Below, in pieces: positions 1 to 10,051 of a stretch of 64,000 bases of DNA. Position 1 is the stretch's first letter. The number at the start of each line of letters is the position of its first letter. Position numbers and translations under genes: made by a program. A model generated the notes under the pieces. That model worked only from the letters and a program-made list of their open reading frames with translations, was not told the origin of the DNA and searched no databases. Source of the stretch: Bacteroidales bacterium (GTDB taxonomy: Bacteria > Bacteroidota > Bacteroidia > Bacteroidales > TTA-H9); NCBI GenBank assembly GCA_030656615.1, contig JAUSOY010000083.1, positions 172,522-236,521 on the forward strand, written 5' to 3'.

Positions 1-811
1 TCATCGATTGATGCTTGAAAGGGGCGAAGAAATGATGATTGGTGTCCGTATTCTTATGAAAGGTCTGCAGGTTCAAAAAGCATTGATAGGCATCGAAGCA
101 AATAAGCCCGATGCTATTCAAGCGTTGACTTCTCTGGTGGCACATTTCCCAGGCATTGAAGTGCATGCATTAAAGGTTCAGTATCCTCAGGGTGGTGAAA
201 AACAGCTGATTAAAGCTTTGCTTAATCGTGAGGTTCCTTCAGGAAAATTGCCCATTGAAGTTGGCTGTGTAGTAAATAATGTGGGAACTGCCTTTGCAGT
301 TTACGAGGCGATCCAGAAAAACAAGCCATTGGTAGAACGCATTGTTACAGTTACAGGATCTAACATTCAAAATCCGGGTAATTATTTGGTGCGAATAGGA
401 ACACCCGTCCGTGAATTGCTCGAAAAAGCTGGATGGAATCCGGAAACTGCTGGTAAAATCATCAATGGCGGCCCCATGATGGGTAAAGCCGTTAGCTCAA
501 CGGATGTACCTGTAGTGAAAGGAACCAGCGGTATCCTTGTTTTTGATCAGGAAGAATCAAAACGGCCGAATGTTCAGGCTTGCATTCGCTGCGCTAAATG
601 TGTAAGCGTTTGCCCCATGGGCCTCGAACCGTATCTTATTGCCAGAGCCTCGGAAATTGGTATGTATGAAATCGCTGAAAATGAACATGCCATGGATTGC
701 ATGGAATGTGGTTCATGCCAGTATACCTGTCCATCGGCTCGTCCCTTACTGGATCATCTGCGTTTGGGAAAAAATAAAGTCGCACACATCATCAGAACCC
801 GAAAAAATTAA
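1..811 (+). CDS. rnfC: Rnf electron-transport complex subunit C, C-terminal part (5' end lies off the window)
   Basis: The reading frame is open to the left edge. It has two 4Fe-4S ferredoxin motifs (CIRCAKCVSVCP, CMECGSCQYTCP). It is followed by rnfD-G-E-A in canonical order. Confidence 0.85.
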   Translation, partial: HRLMLERGEEMMIGVRILMKGLQVQKALIGIEANKPDAIQALTSLVAHFPGIEVHALKVQYPQGGEKQLIKALLNREVPSGKLPIEVGCVVNNVGTAFAVYEAIQKNKPLVERIVTVTGSNIQNPGNYLVRIGTPVRELLEKAGWNPETAGKIINGGPMMGKAVSSTDVPVVKGTSGILVFDQEESKRPNVQACIRCAKCVSVCPMGLEPYLIARASEIGMYEIAENEHAMDCMECGSCQYTCPSARPLLDHLRLGKNKVAHIIRTRKN

Positions 812-814
812 ATT

Positions 815-1801
815 ATGAATCGATTAACCGTTTCAGGCTCGCCTCATGTGCACGATGTGATGTCAGTAAAGTCTGTTATGTGGGGAGTGGTTATTTCTCT
901 TATTCCCGCCATGATGGTATCTTTCTGGTATTTCGGTCTGGGAGCCATATTTGTAACTGCTGTTGCTATTGTATCATGCCTTGTTTTTGAATATTTGATA
1001 CAAAAATTTTTATTGAAAGAAACCCCAACCATTACAGATGGTTCGGCAATGATTACCGGAATTTTGCTGGCATTTAATGTTCCAAGTTCGTTGCCCTGGT
1101 GGCAGATAATGATTGGAAGTGCCGTAGCAATCGGAATTGGTAAAATGTCGTTTGGCGGTTTGGGAAAAAACCCATTTAATCCTGCATTAGTTGGCCGTGT
1201 TTTCCTGTTGATTTCATTCCCGGTTGATATGACATCATGGCCCACAGCTATCGAAAACCGATTTGTTTTCTTTGATGCTGCTACAGGTCCAACCTCTCTG
1301 GGTGTTTTGAAGGAAAACTTAATGGCAGGCGAAACAGTGCCTGATATTATTTCAAAACTACCAAGTTATCAGGAAATGTTTATCGGGCAGATGAACGGCT
1401 CACTGGGTGAGGTCTCTGCCTTTGCGCTATTACTGGGTGGAATTTATATGCTCTACCGGAAAATCATTACTTGGCATATTCCGTTTTCTTTCGTTGCATC
1501 GGCAGTAATTTTCTCCGGAATACTATGGATGGTAAATCCCGCAATGTATATTGATCCGATGTTCCACATTCTGGCTGGCGGCATGCTTTTGGGAGCTATA
1601 TATATGGCTACCGATATGGTGACCTCGCCCATGACTCCGGCAGGTATGCTTGTGTTTGGTGTTGGTTGCGGATTACTTACGATATTAATCAGGGTTTTTG
1701 GAGCTTATCCCGAAGGCGTATCATTTGCCATTCTTATTATGAATGCATTTGTGCCATTAATCAACAGAGGCTTTAAACCTAAACGATTCGGAGGAAAATA
1801 G
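815..1801 (+). CDS. rnfD: Rnf complex subunit D (polytopic membrane, FMN-binding NqrB/RnfD family)
   Basis: 328-aa multi-TM protein with the SPHVH N-terminus and the TDMVTSP motif typical of RnfD. It starts 4 nt after the rnfC stop. Confidence 0.9.
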   Translation: MNRLTVSGSPHVHDVMSVKSVMWGVVISLIPAMMVSFWYFGLGAIFVTAVAIVSCLVFEYLIQKFLLKETPTITDGSAMITGILLAFNVPSSLPWWQIMIGSAVAIGIGKMSFGGLGKNPFNPALVGRVFLLISFPVDMTSWPTAIENRFVFFDAATGPTSLGVLKENLMAGETVPDIISKLPSYQEMFIGQMNGSLGEVSAFALLLGGIYMLYRKIITWHIPFSFVASAVIFSGILWMVNPAMYIDPMFHILAGGMLLGAIYMATDMVTSPMTPAGMLVFGVGCGLLTILIRVFGAYPEGVSFAILIMNAFVPLINRGFKPKRFGGK

Positions 1802-1803
1802 TC

Positions 1804-2385
1804 ATGGCAAAAAAAGAATCTTCATTGATTAATATGATTAGTACACTGGTGCTGATTACTTTAGTAGCCGGTGTGGCTCTTGCTGGCGTTTATGATCTTA
1901 CCAAAGAACCTATTGCACGATCGCAGAAGGCAAAACTTGAAAAGGCCATCAAGGCTGTTATTCCCGATTTTGAAGAAATCAGGGAATATAAAGTTAAGCC
2001 TGATGACAGTGATGAGGAACTGGTTTTTTATGAAGGACTGAAAGGTGATTCAATCGTAGGCGTCGCTATACAGACATATACCGATAAGGGTTTTTCAGGA
2101 AGAATCTCTGTGATGGTAGGATTTTTACCTGATGGCTCCATTTTGAACACCGAAGTAATTAAACATCAGGAAACTCCCGGACTCGGAACTAAATTGATGG
2201 ATGAAGCATGGAAAATTAAGTTCAGAGGGATGAACATTGCTGAATTAGCCGGTGAAGCGGTAAAAGTGACAAAAGATCAGGGAACAGTTGATGCTATTAC
2301 TGCTGCCACGATTAGTTCTCGCGCTTTTTGTGATGCTGTGCAACGTGCTTATAATACCAAGAAAAAAGGAGGTAAGAATGAATAA
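1804..2385 (+). CDS. rnfG: Rnf complex subunit G (FMN-binding)
   Basis: 193 aa with an N-terminal TM helix and a C-terminal VDAITAATISSRA motif (covalent FMN site of RnfG/NqrC). Its operon position fits. Confidence 0.85.
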   Translation: MAKKESSLINMISTLVLITLVAGVALAGVYDLTKEPIARSQKAKLEKAIKAVIPDFEEIREYKVKPDDSDEELVFYEGLKGDSIVGVAIQTYTDKGFSGRISVMVGFLPDGSILNTEVIKHQETPGLGTKLMDEAWKIKFRGMNIAELAGEAVKVTKDQGTVDAITAATISSRAFCDAVQRAYNTKKKGGKNE

Positions 2386-2968
2386 ATGGACAATATTTTC
2401 TCGCGGTATTATTCGCGAAAATCCGGTATTTGCTTTATTACTCGGATTATGTCCCACGCTGGGAGTTACCTCATCGGCTATCAATGGTATGGGTATGGGA
2501 CTCGCCACTATGTTTGTGCTTATTATGTCAAATATGATGATAAGCCTGCTTAAAAATGTTATTCCTGATAAAGTTCGTATTCCTGCATTCATAGTAGTAA
2601 TTGCTTCATTTGTAACCATGGTAGATTTTATCATGGCGGGTTTTGCACCCGGAATACATGAACAACTCGGACTATTTATCCCTCTTATTGTTGTTAACTG
2701 CGTTGTACTCGGAAGAGCAGAAGCTTTTGCAAATAAAAACAGTGTGCTTTCTTCTACAATTGATGGTGCCGGTATGGGGCTTGGTTTTACACTCGCACTG
2801 ACCCTGCTTGGTGCTATACGCGAAATTCTGGGAAGTGGTGCTGTTTTTGGAATGAAATTCATTCCGGCCTCTGCTGATGGAATTCTTGTATTTATTCTGG
2901 CACCGGGGGCTTTTATTACTCTGGGTTTCCTTATTGCCCTGATTAATCATTTGCGTAAAACATCCTAA
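2378..2968 (+). CDS. rnfE: Rnf complex subunit E
   Basis: The ATG at 2378 ([33 protein letters not shown]) matches RnfE/NqrD N-termini and overlaps the rnfG stop by 8 nt. The upstream extension of the ORF track (2288) was rejected. Confidence 0.9.
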   Translation: MNKWTIFSRGIIRENPVFALLLGLCPTLGVTSSAINGMGMGLATMFVLIMSNMMISLLKNVIPDKVRIPAFIVVIASFVTMVDFIMAGFAPGIHEQLGLFIPLIVVNCVVLGRAEAFANKNSVLSSTIDGAGMGLGFTLALTLLGAIREILGSGAVFGMKFIPASADGILVFILAPGAFITLGFLIALINHLRKTS

Positions 2969-2979
2969 TTCAGCAAGCT

Positions 2980-3558
2980 ATGGAAAACATCATACTGATT
3001 ATAATCGCGGCAATATTTGTAAATAATATTGTTCTCGCCCAGTTTCTCGGAATTTGTCCTTTTTTAGGCGTTTCTTCCAAAATTAATACGGCAGCCGGTA
3101 TGGGTGGTGCTGTTTTATTTGTAATGACACTGGCCACCATTATTACCTTCCTGATACAACATTATATTCTGAATCCACTCTCTTTGGGATTTTTACAGAC
3201 GATAACATTTATTTTGGTAATTGCGGCTCTGGTACAAATGGTTGAAATTATACTTAAAAAGGTAAGTCCTTCTTTGTATCAGGCCCTCGGAATTTTCCTG
3301 CCCTTGATTACCACCAATTGTGCGGTCCTGGGTGTGGCTATTCTTGTAATTCAAAAGCAGTTTAATCTGGTTGAAAGTGTTGTGTTTGCAATGGCTAATG
3401 CCGTTGGATTTACTCTTGCACTGATAATCTTTGCTGGAATTCGGGAGCATCTCGATTTAATGGGCGTTCCCAAAGGCATGCGTGGTATTCCCATTGCCCT
3501 GGTGGTTGCCGGACTTTTATCTCTGGCCTTTATGGGCTTTGCCGGATTGGTAAAATAA
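2980..3558 (+). CDS. rnfA: Rnf complex subunit A
   Basis: 192-aa six-TM protein with [10 protein letters not shown] and [12 protein letters not shown] motifs of RnfA/NqrE. It is the last gene of the operon. Confidence 0.9.
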   Translation: MENIILIIIAAIFVNNIVLAQFLGICPFLGVSSKINTAAGMGGAVLFVMTLATIITFLIQHYILNPLSLGFLQTITFILVIAALVQMVEIILKKVSPSLYQALGIFLPLITTNCAVLGVAILVIQKQFNLVESVVFAMANAVGFTLALIIFAGIREHLDLMGVPKGMRGIPIALVVAGLLSLAFMGFAGLVK

Positions 3559-3582
3559 AGTTTTCGTTACCCTGTTATTTAA

Positions 3583-3609
3583 GCTCCGCCCAGGCGGGGC
3601 TTTTTTTTT
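3583..3609 (+). terminator. Intrinsic terminator of the rnf operon
   Basis: GC-rich hairpin gctccgc/gcggggc followed by a T9 run, 25 nt after the rnfA stop. Confidence 0.7.
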
Positions 3610-3763
3610 AGAAAATTGGAATATAATCCTAGATGTGTGAAATTGAAATGTAGCGTTATTCAATAATGCTTTATCCTATGGCAAGATGATTAGAATGGAT
3701 GAAATATTATCGAATATTTCATAAAAGGGAGCGTACAAAAAGGCTACGATTCAACAATGCTGG

Positions 3764-5158
3764 TTACTTATTTATCAATTCAATTTTGCCACTTAATTGA
3801 ATCTGCATACGGATTTTATCTGGTAGAATCGTGATCTCTCCCGGAATAATATCACGAAGTTCCGCTTTTAGTCGAATACCCGATGCAATCTCATAATTAT
3901 TGGCCGCAGAGTTTACCAACTTTTTCATATCTTCAATTTGTTCACTTATCGGGAAACTAAGTTGTTTGGCAATGGTGTTTCTTATTGTACTGCCATAAAG
4001 CCAGGATGCAGATTTATGGAGAATGTTGCTTGTTTTGATGTCAAAATCAAAATCTGTGATATCAATGCTTTCTTTTTTAGGCTGGTACATTGCTTTTCCT
4101 CTAAAATACAGTTTTCCTTTGATGTCACCAGTAACAGTGGTTTCAACAATCATATTTCCCTTGCTTCCGTACAGTTTTATTTCCTGGACAGTAATTTTCC
4201 GATTGCCATTTTCGAACATCTTTCCAACGATTTCTTTGGTCGCTATTTTTTGAATTTCCGTGAAGGGTAAATCCACCGATACATTGATGGCTGATTCTTT
4301 TGGAATGGCATTTACCTTTTTAAGTGGAGGTATTGCTTTGTTGGTTTTAAAAACAGGCTTTTCATTTACAAAACACCATAAATACGATTGAATGCCAGTA
4401 CCCATAATAAATTTTCCGTTTTTTCCTTCGATAGGCAAAGCCATAACCTCTATGGGTTCTGCATAAATCCAGACTTTTTGCTCACCGGGAATGGGAATTG
4501 GATTTTCCATGGCAGTCCATAGTTCTGACATATATTTCCCCAGATCGAGGTAGTTGGCGGCAGCTTTGTCAAGTTCCTTACCCATAACATTCAGGTTAGA
4601 TGTCAAAATGTAATCAGCAACCATTGTTATGGGAAATTCGAACATGCCAATTTTCATGGAAGGGGTAGAAATCCATTCATAAGCCTCAGCGGTTGTGTTG
4701 GTTTTGATTTTCCAGTCGGAACTGAAATCCAGTTTTGTTTTGAATTTTAGAATAATTTCAGCATTAAATTCGCGATAATCGGAAAGGGCAATTCCCAGTT
4801 TTTCGAGTTTGAAACCTGCTTTCAGCCACAACTTCAGAGGAACGGTCCAACGAAGTTCGTTGCCCATCATCGAAAGTCTTATATTATCCCTTTTCCATGC
4901 TTTAACCATGAGGTTATCACCACCGTTATCTGTCAATGAATTGTCTTCATAAATTAATCCTTTTAACCGACTGTTTATCAGGTTTTCGAGTTCGCCGATA
5001 TCCAAATTGACAGGCAGTGAAATAACTGAAAGTTGTGGCTTCTTTATTTCTTCGAGATAATTTTCAACGGGTGCTTCGGGTTTTACACTGGCACATCCAT
5101 TGATTAGTATCATAAACCAAACTGTAATGATTAAAAAGAAAAGGTTTTTTAATTTCAT
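3764..5158 (-). CDS. Lipoprotein, DUF4403-like (function unknown)
   Basis: 464 aa with a signal peptide and lipobox (LINGC). Overall resemblance to Bacteroidota DUF4403 lipoproteins is recognised by eye only. Confidence 0.5.
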   Translation of the reverse strand: MKLKNLFFLIITVWFMILINGCASVKPEAPVENYLEEIKKPQLSVISLPVNLDIGELENLINSRLKGLIYEDNSLTDNGGDNLMVKAWKRDNIRLSMMGNELRWTVPLKLWLKAGFKLEKLGIALSDYREFNAEIILKFKTKLDFSSDWKIKTNTTAEAYEWISTPSMKIGMFEFPITMVADYILTSNLNVMGKELDKAAANYLDLGKYMSELWTAMENPIPIPGEQKVWIYAEPIEVMALPIEGKNGKFIMGTGIQSYLWCFVNEKPVFKTNKAIPPLKKVNAIPKESAINVSVDLPFTEIQKIATKEIVGKMFENGNRKITVQEIKLYGSKGNMIVETTVTGDIKGKLYFRGKAMYQPKKESIDITDFDFDIKTSNILHKSASWLYGSTIRNTIAKQLSFPISEQIEDMKKLVNSAANNYEIASGIRLKAELRDIIPGEITILPDKIRMQIQLSGKIELINK

Positions 5159-5263
5159 GAGATTGCTAAATTTGCATATCGGTTATTCGTAGCAAAAATA
5201 CGAACATTGAATAGCAAAGTATAATACTTACGCGGGGATATATAAAAAGGCGAAAAGCTTGAG

Positions 5264-5271
5264 TATATTTG
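5264..5271 (+). promoter_or_regulatory. Bacteroidota sigma-A type -7 box (TAnnTTTG)
   Basis: TATATTTG located 44 nt upstream of the ftsE ATG. Confidence 0.45.
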
Positions 5272-5314
5272 TACAAAGAAGCGACGGACAAAATAGAGGT
5301 TAATTTTTAAGCAT

Positions 5315-6004
5315 ATGACAGAAATTATTCATCTTGATAATGCCTCCATTTATCAGAAGGAAAATCTGGTACTCAACAGGATTTCGCTCACTGTAAACGA
5401 AGGAGAATTTCTTTATCTAATTGGGAAAACGGGAAGTGGTAAAAGTAGTTTATTAAAAACGCTTTATGCTGAATTGCCTTTAAAAGATGGGATTGGTGTA
5501 GTAGCCGGGTATGATCTGGTGAAAATCCGGAATCGCGAGATCCCATATCTACGCCGCAAACTGGGTATCGTTTTTCAGGACTTTCAGTTGCTTTCTGACA
5601 GAAGCATTTCCGAAAATCTAATGTTTGTCATGAAAGCCACGGGATGGAAAGAAAAGCAGAAAATGATAGATCGCACCGAAGAATTATTAAAGTTGATTGG
5701 TATTCCCACCAAAGGCTATAAAATGCCCCATCAGCTATCAGGGGGCGAGCAGCAAAGAGTTGGTGTGGCCAGAGCATTGATAAATCATCCTCCCATTATC
5801 CTGGCAGACGAACCCACCGGTAATCTCGATCCCGAATCTTCGGAAGGAATTCTCAGCCTTTTACATGAAATCAGTAAAACGGGCGTCGGTGTGGTAATGG
5901 CTACCCACAATTATGGATTGATACAGAAATTCCCTGGTCGCATTGTCCGCATCGATGCGGGACAGCTTTCCGAAGAAACGCCTGTATTCATGAATGAAGC
6001 CTGA
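5315..6004 (+). CDS. ftsE: Cell-division ABC ATPase FtsE-like
   Basis: 229 aa with Walker A GKTGSGKSS, signature LSGGEQQRV and Walker B ILADEPTGNLD. Size and sequence are typical of FtsE. Confidence 0.8.
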   Translation: MTEIIHLDNASIYQKENLVLNRISLTVNEGEFLYLIGKTGSGKSSLLKTLYAELPLKDGIGVVAGYDLVKIRNREIPYLRRKLGIVFQDFQLLSDRSISENLMFVMKATGWKEKQKMIDRTEELLKLIGIPTKGYKMPHQLSGGEQQRVGVARALINHPPIILADEPTGNLDPESSEGILSLLHEISKTGVGVVMATHNYGLIQKFPGRIVRIDAGQLSEETPVFMNEA

Positions 6005-6007
6005 GAT

Positions 6008-7153
6008 TTAAACGTCCTGAAAAATTAATTCAAGCATCGAATCAGTATTATGCTGATTATTATATAAACCGGATAATTTCAAAGTCCGGTTTTTTATTTG
6101 TAATTCATCAAAGGTCAAGTCTGCTGTTTTCTGAATTATACTTTTTAGTTCAGTATCCCCATCGGTAATAATGCAAAGTTCATTTAATCCGGTGCCATGC
6201 AACATGGCTTTGTTCGTAATACAAAAACGGCCTTTGTACAAACTGTTCAGCAATTTCAGCTTTAAACCGGTAGCCTGAAAAGTAAGTAAAACGTGCGCCT
6301 GAGCATCACGCTGAAGTCTGTCCATTTCCGGTTCAGAAGGATTAGCTATTAGTTCAATATTTTCGAACATTGCACATGATTTCTGAAGCTTTTCCGAAGG
6401 ATTCATGCCTGCAATTATCAGTTTTTGATGAAGGCCGGCGAATATTTTATGAATGAGATATTCGGCTGCTACGGCATTTTCAGCCACAGAGAGCTTACCA
6501 TGGTACAGAAAATAGACGCCTTTGCCGGGCTTACTGCTAATTTCATCATTAGCATGAAAGCTGGGTAAATAATGCACATCGTTTTTCGGAAAATTTGTTC
6601 GAAGGTATTGGGTGTCGGCTTCCGAAACTACCAGCATGAGTGAAGCATTTTTCAAAATACGTTGAAATAGTTTTAACCGCAGGCTTTCGATAATGAAGAA
6701 TATCTTTTGTCCGGGATGACGAGTGGCCTTAGCCAGATGAAAGTAATACCGATGTTCTATATTGCTTTCACGGTAAATTTTAAATCGCTCCTTCAATTGT
6801 GGATGATCCAACAGAAAGCAGGAATGCAATCCTTCGAAAAGAATGGGATGATTATCCTGAGAGAGTCTATCGAGCAATTTATCCGAAACACGACTGTTTA
6901 TAATGAAAGGTATCAGTGAAAACTGCTTGAGAATGCTTGTATTTCTTGGATAATAATGCACTTCTTCACAGAAATCATTCAAAGCTGTAGCAATACCCCG
7001 TTCACCATAAATAAAACAGTGCAAAATTACCTTTACGCCCGAATTTTTAAGATGACGGATTTTATGAAAAACATCAATTACTCCGCCATAATTGGCGGGC
7101 CAGGGCACATCAAAGGCCACTATGTGCAGGGTTTTATCAGAGAAATTGGGCAT
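6008..7153 (-). CDS. Glycosyltransferase (GT-B fold, family 1/4-like)
   Basis: The N-terminus HIVAFDVPWPANYGGVID is typical of a Bacteroidota GT family. The ATG at 7153 is preferred over the TTG at 7207, giving a 17-nt overlap with the upstream GT gene. Confidence 0.6.
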   Translation of the reverse strand: MPNFSDKTLHIVAFDVPWPANYGGVIDVFHKIRHLKNSGVKVILHCFIYGERGIATALNDFCEEVHYYPRNTSILKQFSLIPFIINSRVSDKLLDRLSQDNHPILFEGLHSCFLLDHPQLKERFKIYRESNIEHRYYFHLAKATRHPGQKIFFIIESLRLKLFQRILKNASLMLVVSEADTQYLRTNFPKNDVHYLPSFHANDEISSKPGKGVYFLYHGKLSVAENAVAAEYLIHKIFAGLHQKLIIAGMNPSEKLQKSCAMFENIELIANPSEPEMDRLQRDAQAHVLLTFQATGLKLKLLNSLYKGRFCITNKAMLHGTGLNELCIITDGDTELKSIIQKTADLTFDELQIKNRTLKLSGLYNNQHNTDSMLELIFQDV

Positions 7154-8252
7154 ATACCTTTTTAAGAAGAACCGATTCATTTTCCCAGCATAATTGTGGT
7201 GCTGCAATGCGGCAATTATTTTTGTAAGTGCTCAGTTTATCTTCATGATCCAGCATATTCATAATCGATTGAGCAATAATTTCCGGTTGATGCGAAGGGA
7301 TTATTTCTCCCACTTTCCACGTTTTTACCAATTGACTTATTTCTGGTAAATCACTCACAAGAACAGGAATGCCAGCGTGAATATAATCAAAGATTTTATT
7401 GGGTAAGCTGAAGCGATAATTCGGGTTAGTGTCTTTATCAAGACTCAGGCCTAAATCAGCATTGGCCGTATATTGCATGAGTCTTTGGTATGGCATTTTT
7501 GGGAAAAACAAAATCTTATCCTTTAGTTCTGGTTGTTGAGCCATGGATTTTAATTCTTCAATAATATCCCCACTCCCGGCTATTATCAAAACCACATCAG
7601 AAGTAAATGCCATGGCTTGTAACAGTTCTTCGGCTCCGCGTTGGATATTGATTCCTGCGCCCTGTAAAATAATTAAACGTTTATTCTCTGGCAGATTCAG
7701 TTCTTTTCTGCCGGGATTGCTACTCAATTCCATTTTTTTCGGAACGTTACGGATTACTAAAGGCTTGATGCCATATTTCTGATAATAAATATTAGCAATG
7801 CTTTCGTTAACAGTAAAGATGTTTTTAAGTCTAGGGAATATCCATCGCTCTATGCGTTCCCATGATTTTTGAACAATTGGTCGGTGAATCACCTCCGGAG
7901 TATGAGTAAAATACTCGTGAGTGTCATAAACAATGGCCCGTCTTCTGATTTTTGATACCAGAAAATTCGCCAACAAAGTGTCCAAATCATTGGAAACCAA
8001 AAGGTCAAATCGTCTTATGATTAAGAAAAAGAACAGGCGGATATTAAATTCGGCGTAGAAACATGGTCCTTTGACGAAGAGCAGTTTCATGCGGTGCATT
8101 GCGTAAGGTCTTTCATCCAAAGGAAGTGAAGCAGCTAAAATACGACCCACCAGGAGCACATCAAATCCCATCGCCGTCAAGCTGCTACAAACTTTATTCA
8201 CACGCTGGTCGGTGCTTAAATCGTTTATAACAGATACGATGACTTTTTTCAT
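7137..8252 (-). CDS. Glycosyltransferase family 4-like
   Basis: About 371 aa from the ATG at 8252 (MKKVIVSVINDLSTDQRV). The C-terminal GT1-type region ends in the motif PNKIFDYIHAGIPVLVSD. Confidence 0.7.
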   Translation of the reverse strand: MKKVIVSVINDLSTDQRVNKVCSSLTAMGFDVLLVGRILAASLPLDERPYAMHRMKLLFVKGPCFYAEFNIRLFFFLIIRRFDLLVSNDLDTLLANFLVSKIRRRAIVYDTHEYFTHTPEVIHRPIVQKSWERIERWIFPRLKNIFTVNESIANIYYQKYGIKPLVIRNVPKKMELSSNPGRKELNLPENKRLIILQGAGINIQRGAEELLQAMAFTSDVVLIIAGSGDIIEELKSMAQQPELKDKILFFPKMPYQRLMQYTANADLGLSLDKDTNPNYRFSLPNKIFDYIHAGIPVLVSDLPEISQLVKTWKVGEIIPSHQPEIIAQSIMNMLDHEDKLSTYKNNCRIAAPQLCWENESVLLKKVYAQFL

Positions 8253-8454
8253 TATTTGTTGAATCAACAAAATATTAACGCCGACTGCGGAACATTATTT
8301 TCAAAACCGAACAATCTGAACTAATTGACAACAATCCTTCCTTCTGCATACTCGGTCACACATTACTATTGATTATTGACTATTGATTAATTTCTCGCCA
8401 CTAATCACTCCCCGATAGCTATCGAGGTACTAATCACTAATTACTAATTACTAT

Positions 8455-9927
8455 TTAGTATGCCTTTGCGAAATATACTCTGAATGAAGATGGATTTCCA
8501 CTAAAAACGCATTTTCCAGTTTCTGGTTTTGGATTAACAGGAATCAGGCGAATAGTAGCTTTCGTTTCCTGTTTGATTTTTTCTTCCGTTTCGGAGGTGC
8601 CGTCCCAGTGAGCCAAAACAAAACCACCTTTTTCTATTTGATTTTTAAAATCTTCCCAGGTATCAACAATGAAAGTATTTTCATCGCGGAAGCTATATGC
8701 CTTTTGGTATAGATTAACCTGAATAAGTTCCAGCAGATGTTCAATTTTATTATCGATGTCGGTAATTTCCAGGATGTTTTTTTCGAGTGTATCACGGCGG
8801 GCAACTTCAACTGTTCCGTTTTCCAGGTCGCGGGGGCCAATGGCAATTCGTACAGGAACTCCTTTAAATTCGTATTCGTTGAATTTCCATCCAGGGGTTA
8901 ATGAATCACGATTATCGTATTTTACACGTATACCTTTTGCCTCCAGCGATTTTTTAATTTCATCAACTTTGGCAGATATTGCTTCGAGTTGTTCTGCTTT
9001 CTTATAAATCGGGATGATGACAACCTGATATGGCGCCAGATTAGGAGGCAGAACCAATCCGTTATCATCAGAATGGGTCATGATGAGAGCACCCATTAGT
9101 CGGGTACTTACACCCCATGAAGTAGCCCAAACGTGTTCCAGTTTATTCTCTTTACTCAGAAATTTAACATCAAAAGCTTTGGCAAAATTTTGTCCGAGGA
9201 AATGTGAAGTTCCTGCTTGAAGAGCTTTGCCATCTTGCATTAGTGCTTCAATACAATATGTTTCTACGGCACCCGCAAAACGTTCATTTGCCGACTTAAT
9301 TCCTTTAAGAACGGGCATTGCCATCCATTTCTCAGCAAATTCGGCATAAATATTAATCATTTGGTTCGTTTCTTCCAGAGCTTCTTCTTGTGTGGCATGG
9401 GCAGTATGACCTTCCTGCCATAAAAATTCAGTAGTTCTGAGAAATAAACGGGTACGCATTTCCCAACGAACAACGTTGGCCCACTGGTTCACAAGGATTG
9501 GTAAGTCGCGATACGATTGTATCCAGGTACGATATGTATCCCAGATAATAGTCTCAGAGGTTGGTCGTACGATTAATTCTTCTTCCAGTTTAGCATCCGG
9601 ATCAACGATAACCCCTTTGCCGTTTGGATCGTTTTTTAGACGGTAATGAGTAACCACAGCGCATTCTTTGGCGAATCCTTCAACATGGCTGGCTTCTTTA
9701 CTAAAAAATGATTTGGGTATAAAAAGAGGAAAATAAGCGTTTTCGTGCCCTGTATCTTTAAACATTTTATCGAGAGCAGCCTGCATTCTCTCCCAAATGG
9801 CATAGCCATATGGTTTTATAACCATGCAACCTCTTACGGCAGAATTGTCTGCTAAACCGGCTTTTATAACTAAATCGTTATACCATTGTGCGTAGTTTTC
9901 GTCTCTTGTTGAAAAATTTTTGGCCAT
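8455..9927 (-). CDS. proS: Proline--tRNA ligase (archaeal/eukaryote-like class II type)
   Basis: From the ATG at 9927 it reads [27 protein letters not shown]...[15 protein letters not shown], with class II motifs and a C-terminal ProRS-C domain ending in VYFAKAY. Confidence 0.93.
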   Translation of the reverse strand: MAKNFSTRDENYAQWYNDLVIKAGLADNSAVRGCMVIKPYGYAIWERMQAALDKMFKDTGHENAYFPLFIPKSFFSKEASHVEGFAKECAVVTHYRLKNDPNGKGVIVDPDAKLEEELIVRPTSETIIWDTYRTWIQSYRDLPILVNQWANVVRWEMRTRLFLRTTEFLWQEGHTAHATQEEALEETNQMINIYAEFAEKWMAMPVLKGIKSANERFAGAVETYCIEALMQDGKALQAGTSHFLGQNFAKAFDVKFLSKENKLEHVWATSWGVSTRLMGALIMTHSDDNGLVLPPNLAPYQVVIIPIYKKAEQLEAISAKVDEIKKSLEAKGIRVKYDNRDSLTPGWKFNEYEFKGVPVRIAIGPRDLENGTVEVARRDTLEKNILEITDIDNKIEHLLELIQVNLYQKAYSFRDENTFIVDTWEDFKNQIEKGGFVLAHWDGTSETEEKIKQETKATIRLIPVNPKPETGKCVFSGNPSSFRVYFAKAY

Positions 9928-10051
9928 TTTGCTGTGTGGTATGATATTTGGATATTTTTGTAGCAATGCCGAAAGGCATCAGAGTCGGCAAAAATAGTAA
10001 AATCAGCCGACAGTATTGTTTAACGGAAATTTAACCAGGGAGGAAAGAACC

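Noticed and set aside
844-3450. Antisense or alternate-frame ORFs within the rnf operon (844..1245 -, 2245..2862 -, 2672..2950 -, 3193..3450 -) and the 2288 start for rnfE
   Set aside because: They lie fully inside strongly supported rnfD/G/E/A genes. The 2288 extension overlaps rnfG in another frame and lacks homology to RnfE N-termini.
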